DNA of 64,000 nucleotides from Zootoca vivipara (taxonomy: Eukaryota). The position numbers and the translations under genes were made by a program. Shown one piece after another: positions 26,101-36,600 of this stretch. Every line of letters begins with the position of its first letter. The first letter of the stretch is position 1. Location: contig NC_083289.1 of the NCBI RefSeq assembly GCF_963506605.1, forward strand, positions 10,168,001 to 10,232,000. The letters run 5' to 3'. The notes beneath the pieces are model-generated. The model saw nothing but the letters and a program-made list of their open reading frames with translations. It made no database searches and was not told the origin of the DNA.

Positions 26101-29100
26101 ACCAAGACGCCATTTCACTTGCTTCTCTAGCTGCATGTGATAGTAATGAAAATAGAACTGGGCAAAGGCCAGTGACTAGTCAGAAAGTCCCTGGAAAAGA
26201 GCCAGCAAGGGGCAATGGATGTACTGTATGTTAATACACAACCTCGAGTTCCAAGGCAGAAGAAGTAACAGATATAAATGTAAGTCTCCACTGCTTGCGT
26301 ATTTTAAATTAAAGGAACATTCTGGTGTGTGTTTAACTCCTTCCCTGATGGCCACCTCTGTGCCACTGCTTTTCACTCCACGCCCCCCCCCCCGCCCCCA
26401 GTGTTCCAGATGAATGTTTTACACATCTGGAAACTCAAAAGGCAAAGCAGCTTGGGGCAAGGATTAAGTCACATCCCGTCCTCAACTCTGGGCCACAAAG
26501 TGCAATGGGTCACCCGCCCTTCATTTTCAGACAACAGCTTCAACTGCTGAGTGGAAGGACAGTTTCAGGGACAAGATCTCTAACTGTCCCTTTACTCTGG
26601 GGCAAAAGTGCACCAGGAAGTAGTATCCAGGGAACGTGGTCTATTAGTGCAGGGATTTACACTTGCACAACTTCCCCTCCATTCCCACACTATGGCACAC
26701 CCTTCCCAAATTCACTGCAGAAGGTTGAAGCAACCCACATAACAGATTTAGTTCAGATGCACAAGCATAAGCGCTTAGGCACACTTCCACTTGTCCCATG
26801 CCTATAAAGCACAGATCCAAGCAGTTTTTCCTTTGCCTCGCTGCCTTCGCCCTTCCACTCTTTAGTGCTAAATCCAAACAAACAGTGATCTGCAGGAAAC
26901 TCAATTGCCATTTGTTCCAATTTGATGCTAAAGGTCAGGTTTCCCTGGGGGAAAGTGGTGGTGCAAACTGGGGTGTGGATGTACCCTTAAGCTTTGCTCT
27001 ACCAGAACAAGTTACTTAGTGCTGTTAGATACAACCCACCATTATTTTCCCAAAAAAGCAGCTGCAGGTGTGCTCAAGTTTCATCAAAGCAGCAGTGACT
27101 AAGGGGGTGTTTTCCGGTCCAAATGTCCTCTCCTCAAACTGCTATTACAGTGGAAATCAACACCAAAGGGTGTTCTTCTGTGATAGAGGCTTCAGAGGGG
27201 TGATGGGATGGGGAAACAATGTCAGGCCAGAGCCTCAATCTAAAGAACTCCTGCACTGGCTGCTTTTAAGTAAAAATGAAAGCACTGGGAGATCTTGTGG
27301 CAGACTTCCTGAAACTTGTGTAGCTTGGTCCTGTGATCTTCTTTTTACGTTTTCGACTATTTCCCTGGCAGCATTTCCAGCTTTCAAGACAAGCTTATCA
27401 AGGGCTTTTTTATGACAGTACTCACTGGTGCAGAGTATGGCCAACTCTCTCTCTCTCTTTTGTTGCCCATAGCAACTATTTTGTGATGGCACCCATGGCA
27501 CTTTTATCAACATACAAGTACTGGCACCTCATTTTTGACCCCAAAAAGTTCTAAAGCTGACCCTTTGCGCATACATGCGCTGGGAGCCCAAAACGGGGAG
27601 GAGATTTTCAGGAGAGCAGTAGGGGGAATTGAAATGGCCCCAAAACAAGGGTTAGCACATATGTGTGCTTCCTTCTCCTGAGGAGTATCGCTGGGGGAAG
27701 AGAGCATCATGTAGGTGCTATCACTATGTGGGGGCGAGATTGGGCATAGAGGGCAGCAGCTTTTGGGGGAGGCAGGTGTTAGCTAGCTCAAATGCCCCCT
27801 TTCTTCCCCCTAGGGAGATAGTGAATATGAGCTCCCCCTTCCCCACAAAATGGTTGTGGGGTGTGTGTGTGCATGAATTTACCTGTAAACTGCCTAAATT
27901 CACATTTTAGAAATTCTATTCTCTTGAGTTTAACAGCTGTAAAATCCTCTACAGTAAAGGAAGCAGGAGGCGGAGAAGGAAGCACTTCAATCTTAGCTTA
28001 CAAGGACGGGGCACCACATAACAAAAAGTGTTACTTCTATCAGGATGTTACTGTCTCATTGGAATCAGAAGGCTCCAACAAAATCCCACTGAACAGGCAT
28101 ACTTCCATCCTCCCTCTTCTCGAGTCAACTCCCATTTTGCATTCTAGAGCTAAGACAGCATTTCTTGGGAGCACTGCACTTGTGGTTTGGGCCCAAAGTG
28201 TGACAAACCATACAAACCAACCAATGTTTAAGACAGTGGTTCCCAACAGGTGGTCCGGGGACCCCCAGGGGTCCACGAGCTATGCCAGAGGGGTCTCAAG
28301 ATCCTATTAGAATAAAAAATATATTAAATATATTTCGTATGATAACAGATTTTTTGTTTTGGCCGCTTCCTGCATGAGCAGAGTCTAGTGCAAAACTAGA
28401 ATTAGATAGAGGCAGTAGTTCTGCTGTATGCCGCAAGGACTACAAGAAACTTGGAGATAAGGCAATGAAAAAGATCCTTCCATTTGCAACCACATATCGG
28501 TGTGAGCAAGCATTTTCTTCCATGTGTTTCATGAAAAACAAATATAGGAATATAGGAATCAGCTCGACATGCGGTCGGATTTCAGAGTGAAAGTTTCAAG
28601 TTTGGAACCTAATATTTCAGAAATAATGGACTCAAAGGACAGATTTAACTCATCTCATTAAGAACTGAAAATTAAAACTAACTGTATACTGATGGAGTAC
28701 TCTGTTGTAACTGTAAAAACGTATAAATATAAAATATAGAAAGACTCTTAATTTGGCTCTCACTTTTTAATTTTAGGATTAGGAATTAATGGGGGTCCTT
28801 GTCACAATAGCGGCTCGATGAGGGGTCCTCGAGAAAATTTTGTTGGGAACCCCTGGTTTAAGAAATTAGACGCAGAAAGGAAGACGAATAGCTTTTCAGA
28901 TGCAGGGGAGCCATCATGAGCCTTTGTTGTTTTCTACTGACGCACTCAGATCAACTGCTTCCTTCTGCCCAATCCTACTCAGCTTCGGTAAAACACGGAT
29001 TAGGCCCCCCACAAAATACCCACAAAATATCAAGGAGGCACTCTTAACTCTTTTAATCGCCCCAATTACCTAACAGGATGAACTAAAACAACACAACCTA

Positions 29101-29881
29101 CACGTGTTTACTCAGAAGTAAGGCAACATAGCTCAGTCGGTCAGGAAAAAAGCATACAGTACTGTACTTAGGTATGCAGGCATATGCAGGGTGTAGGTTC
29201 GATCCCCGTAAGGGACAGCTGTGTATGCCTGCATTGCAGGGGGTTGGACTAGATGACCCTCAGGGTCCCTTCTAACTCGTGGATTCTATGAAAAGCCCAG
29301 TTGTGCTCGATAGCGCTTGCTTAATATGATGTTTAGGATCCCAAACACTAAGGAACATTGTAGCACCTTTAAAAGCTCAGGCGGAAATCCTATACTGTAC
29401 AGGAGTAAGACTATAGTGGGACTTAGGGGGGGAAAGCATAATTAGGTTTATTCGCCAAGGTCGCTATCCTTATTTCAGAGTAAACACACTTAGAATTGCG
29501 GTTTAACAAATTCAGGATAGCACAAGGTTTCTTAGTCTGAAGCCTGCTTGACATATTCCACGTCTGCCACTTTTAATTCTTTTGATTCTTTAGCAGTGCA
29601 ATGCTATATACGCGCCCACCGCGTATATAATTAAAACCCACCGAGTTTAACGGTGCTAAATTCTGGGCCAGTGGGCACAGGGAGAGGTAACCCGTGTCAA
29701 GCTACTCGTGAGAACGCGCGCCTCTTAACCCGTTAACGAGGTTCACCCCTGGAAGGCAGCCGAAGCGGGAGAGGGAAAGGGTTGGGTGGGCTGCAACACA
29801 GTCTTACTTACTTGGAGTGGCCTCGAGGATTACGACCAACAGCACAAGCGCCAAGCACGACAGCATGTGAGCCTTCGCCAT
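23121..29881 (-). CDS. B2M: Beta-2-microglobulin, 117 aa precursor
   Basis: Exon 1 29812-29881 (signal peptide MAKAHMLSCLALVLLVVILEATP). Exon 2 23451-23723 (RTPNVQVYSRHP..NCYVDNFHPP..SDLSFDKTW..CRVEHSTL..VKW, Ig C1 domain). Exon 3 23094-23131 (EQE stop, then a donor). Both coding introns are phase 1, as in canonical B2M. Confidence 0.97.
24885..25020. mobile_element. Palindromic hAT MITE copy
   Basis: Arms CAGGCTTCCTCAAA / TTTGAGGAAGCCTG. Confidence 0.85.
25571..25910 (-). mobile_element. Sauria SINE, full length, in B2M intron 1
   Basis: tRNA-like head, ACCTTT tail, and 13-bp target duplication AATAGCAGCTCTA (25559-25571 / 25913-25925). Confidence 0.9.
28234..28855 (+). mobile_element. Non-autonomous hAT (Charlie/Buster-like) DNA transposon with transposase C-terminal remnant
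   Basis: TIRs CAGTGGTTCCCAAC / GTTGGGAACCCCTG and a perfect 8-bp TSD GTTTAAGA. 28441-28551 encodes YKKLGDKAMKKILPFATTYRCEQAFSSMCFMKNKYRN (hAT dimerisation motif). Confidence 0.92.
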
Positions 29882-29984
29882 GGCAAAAAGTTATTCGTTG
29901 CCTCCGCTTCGGAGTCTCGAAATTCGGCGACTGAGACGGCAGAGCTCGGCCGAGGGAACTTCACGCCCAGAAATCGCTCCTCTC

Positions 29985-30152
29985 TGCCCAATCACAATAA
30001 CGCACAGATCACGCATCACTAGTAGCCGGGGAGATGTCTCAGCGCAAGTTGGCTGAAAGGCCCCGGGGACTTTCCAGCACATGCGTACTCCCGCCGCTCG
30101 CTGATTTTTTTATTTTATTTTTTTGTATACAGTATTTTACTTTCAGTTTCCG
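29985..30152 (-). promoter_or_regulatory. B2M proximal promoter: Y box, X1/X2, S box, NF-kB site, ISRE
   Basis: On the minus strand: ISRE GGAAACTGAAAGT (30139-30151), kB GGAAAGTCCC (30066-30075), S-like CCAACTT (30046-30052), X-like GCTACTAGTGATGCGTGA (30009-30026) and Y box GATTGG (29988-29993). All lie in a CpG-rich stretch just upstream of the ATG. Confidence 0.85.
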
Positions 30153-30326
30153 TTGCTTGGAAGGCAGGCCAGTTCCGAGAAATGGGAGAAGCGCAGCTGC
30201 GGCAACAAGGCTGTTGTCCCTAACTTGAAATTGAACCAGGGTCAGAGTGCAAGATGTTGTTGTTATTATTATTATTAATGTGGCACAGGCTCAGATAAAG
30301 CCTGATACCTGTTCAGAACTGGTGGC

Positions 30327-30373
<47 letters not shown>
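30327..30373. repeat. (AAT)n microsatellite
   Basis: About 15 units. Another (AAT)n lies at about 41052-41091. Confidence 0.95.
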
Positions 30374-30378
<5 letters not shown>

Positions 30379-30468
30379 GCACAGAGGTGTTGTGATGGGG
30401 CTCCCTTTGAGGAAAGGTTGCAACGTTTGAGACTTTTTAGAGAAAAAGCAACTAAAAGGTGACATGAT

Positions 30469-31130
30469 TTGTTGTTGTTTAGTCATGTCCCCATGGATCA
30501 GAGCACGCCAGGCACTCCCACTGCCAGTCTTCCACTGCCTCCTGCAGTTTGGTCAAACTCATGTTCGTAGCTTCGAGAACACTGTCCAGCCTTCTCGTCC
30601 TCTGTCATCCCCTTCTCCTTGTGCCCTCCATCTTTCCCAACATCAGGGTCTTTTCCAGGGAGTCTTCTCATGAGGTGGCCAAAGTATTGGAGCCTCAGCT
30701 TCAGGATCTGTCCTTCCAGTGAGCACTCAGGGCTGATTTCCTTCAGAATGGATAGGTTTGATCTTCTTGCAGTCCATGGGACTCTCAAGAGCAGGGGTAG
30801 GCAACCTAAGGCCCGTGGGCCAGATGCGGCCCAATCGCCTTCTCAATCCAGCCCGCGGACGGTCCGGGAATCAGCATGTTTTTACATGAGTAGAATGTGT
30901 GCTTTTATTTAAAATGTATCTCTGGGTTATTTGTGGGGCATAGGAATTCCTTCATTTCCCCCCAAAAAACATAATCCGGCCTACCACATGGTCTGAGGGA
31001 CGGTGGCACCATAATTTGAATGCATCAATTTTTCGGCGATCAGCCTTCTTTGTGGTCCAGCTCTCACTTCCATACATCAGTAGTGGGGAAACCATAGCTT
31101 TAACTATACGGACCTTTGTCGGCAAGGTGA
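30469..31130 (-). mobile_element. 5'-truncated Bov-B LINE interrupted by a hAT MITE fragment (30792-31006)
   Basis: 30469-30791 and 31007-31130 match consecutive parts of the Bov-B at 62440-62920. Flanked by the 13-bp direct repeat AAGGTGACATGAT. Confidence 0.9.
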
Positions 31131-31390
31131 CATGATAGAAATCTATAAAATTACTGTATGCATGGCATGGATAAAATAAATGTAGATGAACTCATGAACA
31201 TCCAATGAAGCTAAATGTTGGAAGATTCAGGAAAGAGAAAAGAAATTTCTTATTCACGTAGCACATTGTTAAACTATGGAACTCACTCCCACAAGATGGT
31301 TAGAGGCAGTATTGCTTCTGAATACCAGTAAGAACAGGATGCTGGACTAGATGAGCCCATTGGCCTGATCCAGCAGGCTCTTCTTGTGCC
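31124..31390 (+). mobile_element. CR1 LINE 3' fragment (left part at about 30420-30468)
   Basis: Degenerate GDMIE-YK-like coding remnant and CR1-type 3' end (GCTGGACTAGATG..GGCCTGATCCAGCAGG). Confidence 0.65.
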
Positions 31391-32094
31391 ACCTAAGGTG
31401 GATGCAATGCAGCCGAAAAAAGGGAATACAGAAGTTGCAAAAATGGCAGGTGGCAAAATTTATATACCACAATAATAATTAAAAAGCGGTTTACATACAA
31501 ACAGCAATCAAACCAGACATTCAAAATTGTAAAAAAATAATAATTACCAAATACAGACAAAACCAACAGCTTTACATACAAAATATGTCATAGTGGATAG
31601 TTCAGTGAAGGTGTCGAGCCAGTGCCCAGCAAGTGTGAAAAATGAGAATTCCATAGGGATCATAAGGAATTGAAAGGACAGCTGCCAATATAATGCCATT
31701 AGGCGAATCCGTGTTGTGACTGCGTTTTAAATACAGAGTGCAATTCTGCGTGCAGCACCACAAAAGCCTGGGGAAGTTTCCAAGCAGGGCAGCCAAAATG
31801 TCCCAAGGAGCTGGGGCGACTTCCCCGAGGACAACTTACATTAAGAATAAAATAAATAAATAAAATTTATACCCCACCCATCTGGCTGGGTTTCCCTAGC
31901 CATTCTGGGCGGCTCCCAACAGAATATTAAAAACACGTTAAAACATCAAACATTAAAAACTTCCCTAACCATGGCTGCCTTCAGATGTCTTCTAAAAGTC
32001 AGATAGTTGCTTATTTCCTTGACATCTGCTGGGAGGGCGTTCCACAGGGTGGGCGCCACCACCGAGAAGGCCCTCTGCCTGGTTTCCTATAAAC

Positions 32095-32498
32095 CAGGGG
32101 TCCCCAGACTTACCGGCGTTTGGGCCGGTTCCCACCACGGCGATCGCGCGGCGGGCCGGCGGGCGGGGGAGCGCGCGCCTGTGCGCATGCGCACAGGCGC
32201 TTACTGGCGCGGCGGTGCGCTTCCAGGGTGGGAAAAGCGCCGAAAATCCGTTGTGCGCATGCGCGTGGGCCTCCCCCGACCCGGAAGTGCACCAGAAATG
32301 ACTTCTTCCGGGTCGGGAGAGGCCCATACGCATGCGCACAAAGGATTTTCGGCACTTTTTTCCCAACCCGGAAGAGCGCTGCCGCGCTGCGCACCGTAAG
32401 AGCGGGCGGCAGCGGCGGGCGGCGGGGGTCGTCGCGGGCCGGATTGGCAGGCTAATTGGGCCGCATCCCGCCCCCGGGCTGTAGTCTGGGGACCCCTG
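32095..32498. mobile_element. CpG-rich hAT-type MITE
   Basis: Perfect 16-bp TIRs CAGGGGTCCCCAGACT, perfect 8-bp TSD CTATAAAC, and a long internal inverted repeat. Confidence 0.92.
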
Positions 32499-32879
32499 CT
32501 ATAAACATTAAAAACTTCCCTAAACTAGACTGCCTTCAGACGTCTTCTAAAAGTCAGATAGTTGCTTGTTTTCTTGACATTTGGTGGCGTTTGACATTTG
32601 GCATTTAACCCTCTTCTTCTGGCGCAGGATGTCCTACAGAATCATCCAATCGTAGAGTTGCAAGGGACACCCTAAGGATCATCTAGTCCAACCCCCTGCA
32701 ATGCAGGAATTCTGGGGGGGGGGGTCGAACCTGCAACCTACCTGGACCTTATCAGCACCAACGCTCCAACCATCTGAGCGAAGCGTTGGTTTGGCTCTCC
32801 TTTTATTACGTACATGGGCTTTTCGTTTTTGCATTTTTATGTTGTGGATGCCAAGGTACAAATGCAATAAACGACAAGA

Positions 32880-33670
32880 GTGGGAAGATTTCGCCCGGCG
32901 CCTCAAGATGTACATAAGCGATGGTGCCAAGAGGCGAGCCTCACAAACAGCAGCAATAGCGGTATATTTTTAAATGAAGCCCAGCAGCCGCTGCCCCTCC
33001 CTTAACGAGGCCTCTTCAAAAAGAGGCAGGAATGGGAGACGCCGTCGAGGAAAACGCGCGTCCCCGATGGCGGAGGGAGGGGAAGCGGCGGCCGGTGCCG
33101 CGCAGGATCTGGTAAGCGATTGGCGCCGGAGGGATCTCCGGCCTCTGTTGGCAGCATAACCCGCTGCTCCGCCCAGCCTGGACGGGTGGGACGAGACGTG
33201 GAAGGCTCTGCCCTCCCTCTTGGCGGGGTGGAGCTCCAGCTCCTCCTCGCTTTCTGTGTTTGCAGCTCCTTGAGAGCCAGAGCAAGAGAGTTCTTGCCGC
33301 TTTCAGACGTTCCAAGAGCGGCTCTGCGCTCCCTTCGCCCTTCCTCTCTCGGGAAGCTCGGGAGACACGCGTGCTTCGCCTGGATTCTTATTGTTGTTGT
33401 TGTTGTTTTGTTATTTCGGGGCAGCGGAAGGAGAAAAGCATCGGGCGGTTTAAGCACGCTTGTTTTAACGAGTTTTTTTGGGGGGGGGGGATGAGTTCAT
33501 TGTGGTTTACACGCGTTGTACACGCGTACGTCGGCATGAGCCAGCCTAGCTTGAACACGAAGGTGGGGTTTGCGGGAAGAGGAAAGGCTGGAGCTGCAAA
33601 TCGCAGTGAGCTGTTGCGAGGGTGGGGGAGACACTTGCGCAGTCACGTCTCTCTAGGACTCCCCCGCGTG
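32880..33670 (+). promoter_or_regulatory. CpG island / promoter over PATL2 exon 1
   Basis: Dense CpG and high GC around the first ATG (33067) and first donor (33112), in an otherwise CpG-depleted background. Confidence 0.7.
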
Positions 33671-36600
33671 CTCTTTATTTTTATTTCACACTTTCACCCT
33701 ACGCCAGCTTAGTGAAAGTGTCAGAGTGAATCCTCTCCTCCCCACCACCCAGCCTGATTATTACCTGAAACCAGTGCTTTTTTTCTGGGGGGGGGAGCAT
33801 ACCCCTAAACATTTTGTGAATCTTAAGTTTGGCCTCATTGAGGGACAGTATTTCAATATGAGTAGGAAAATGAGAGTACCCCTAAACAATTTTTAGGGGA
33901 AAACACACTGCCTGAAACGGTTTTTTGTATTATTATTTTTTTGTGGGGGAGTGTTCCTTAAAATCCCTGCAGGCTTACTGTGCTATAAGCCTTCCTGCCA
34001 CAGTCAAATGGGCTAGCTTTTAACACTGCAAGTCTACTCAGAAGCAAGGCAGTTCCGCAGGTGTTCTTGATAGTGGCTGTACATTCTTGTAGCTTTCGCT
34101 TATTTAATTAACAAGATTTGCATGTTGCTTGATGGTAAGAAAACCTGAGCAGTTTACAAAAATACAAAATGAAACCCAAGTTCTCAGTAAAAACAGGCCC
34201 TTTAAAACATTCAAAAGAACTTTGGCAGGTAACATGCCTATATAAACAGTCAAAGGGAACAAGAGTGCAGTTTTCTTGGACGGTCACCTTTGGAAATGAC
34301 CCAAGGCTGTGTAGGAAATGGTAAGTGTGTTTAATTAACTTAATAAATCAAATTTCTATAGCATTCTTCATCCGATGATCACAATGTGGTTTACAATATA
34401 AAAAGGGACCAAGAAGGTTTAAAGAGTGAGAAATGCATTTCTGCCTGGGTGGTGGTGGGGTCATAGAAGATGTTATGTTGGTTATTGTGAATACCCTGTT
34501 TCCCCTATTTTAAGATGTAGTCATAAAATAAGCCATAGCAGGATTTTTAAGCATTCAAGGAATATAAGCCATACCCCAAAAATAAGACATAGTGATAGGT
34601 GCAGCAGCAATGCCGGCCGCGGCAGGAGGAGGAAAAAAATAAGACATCCTCTGAAAATAAGGCATAGTGTTGTTTTTTTTGAGGAAAAATAAATATAAGA
34701 CTGTGTCTTATTTTCGGAGAAACATGGTAGATATTCGAGAGGAACTAGTGTGCACTGAACTAGGATTGCCATATTTCAGTGAAAATCTGGACAGAAATTG
34801 TTTTGTTTTTTGCAAAGTTGTTTAGCTTGGGGGGGGGGCAGGTCCAAAGAGTTGTTGAGCTTTTTTTGGCAAGGTCGCAAATTGTTGTTTTGTAGCTATT
34901 TTAAGGGGAAATCAGCACTGCTGGCATGGGCTACCAATCCATACATCCGGATTTCCCTGGGCATTTGACCAATACAATAATTGTGAAGCTTCTGTCTCCC
35001 CAAAATCTTGGAGCAGGGCACGTCCTCCTCCTTGAGATTAATAAGTCTCAAGCCTCAAGTCAGTGAGGGAAACTTGCCAAGGGGAGGCCACACATCTGAG
35101 TCTAAATATGGGTGGGTTAGAAACCCAATATACATGCTGTGTTCACATCATAGATATGAATGCATAGATGCCTCTGTTCACACTGGGAGCTAAGAACAAT
35201 CTCTAGCTTAATGTTGTGTTGTGTCTGAACTGGAAAAGGTTTTAGTTCTAAACTGTGATGTGAAGCCAGGGTTTCTTTTTGGCTTACCAATCACGGTTTG
35301 TTTGGAGTGAAACGAACCCTGATTCTGTTCTAACACTAAGCCAGGGGTTGTAGTTTGTTGGTTCTGATTGGAGAGGATGATGTTGGAGCCATTCTTGCAT
35401 TCATGGTTCATAGTTTACCATGATTGCAGGAACCGACGCCATTGGCTTTGGTTCTGTGTACTTGGTTTTGGAAGAGGTTTCAATACTGTCCATTGATTTC
35501 TCCCACAAGGGAGTTGACAGCAGGATGAGTCCCTTATTGTTTCTCCATCTCCAACCAGATCCTGGAGGATTACTTTATGACGGAAGAAGAACCTTTGGGT
35601 GACAAGACAGCTGAAGAGGAAGAAATTGATCTTTACGTTAACTTGACGTTCACTTCAACAGGTAAGAAAATATTTAAACTGTTACATATATTCCAACAAA
35701 AACAAAGCAATATTTTCAGACTTTAAAACTCCCAGTACGTTTCCAAGCAGAATTCAAAGTGTTGGTGCTGACCTTTAAAGCCCTAAACAGCCTCGGTCCA
35801 GTATACCTGAAGGAGCGTCTCCACCCCCATCGTTCTGCCTGGACACTGAGGTCCAGTGCCGAGGGCCTTCTGGCAGTTCTTTCACTGCGAGAAGCAAAGC
35901 TACAGGGAACCAGGCAGAGGGCCTTCTCGGTAGTGGCACCTGTGGAACACCCTCCCACCAGATGTCAAAGAGATAAACAACTACCTGACATTTAGAAAAA
36001 ATCTGAAGGCAGCCCTGTTTACGGAAGTTTTTAACGTGTGACATTTTAATGTATTTTAATCATTGTTGGAAGCCGCCCAGAGTGGCTGGGGAAACCCAGC
36101 CGGATGGGTGGGGTACAAATAAATTGTTATTATTATCATCATCATCAAAATCCCCTCAATGCAATTCAAAAAACTGTTGAAGGCATTTCACTTGAATAAA
36201 AGGCTGCATATACCCCATAAGTTTAGTGCAACCCCAAATCCTGAGAAATATAGTTCATCGCTTGCAGAACTACCATTCCTAGCACCTTTAGCAAAATATG
36301 GTTCCTACTACAGGTGAAACGCGGAAAATTAGAATATCGTCAAAAAGTGCATTTATTTCAGTACTGCAACTTATTATTTTTTCTTTTTCTTTTTAATTTT
36401 TACAAATGCTTTCCTTTGGAAATTCCACAGTAATAAAACAGTTACAATAATACAAAACATTGCTATTACATTTCATTAATTACATTCCATTTATAATTGG
36501 CCCACCTAACGACAAATAATTACATTTACAACAAATAAAGGCTTGACGTATCTTGCTTTGCATGTCATGCATCTATCTCATACAGTATATTGGTTTCACC

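Noticed and set aside
26000-28230. Cluster of short ORFs in B2M intron 1
   Set aside because: No recognisable domains or consistent exon chain; lengths are as expected by chance.
31992-32455. Four overlapping ORFs on both strands
   Set aside because: They lie within the GC-rich palindromic MITE and adjacent L2 fragment, with no coding signature.
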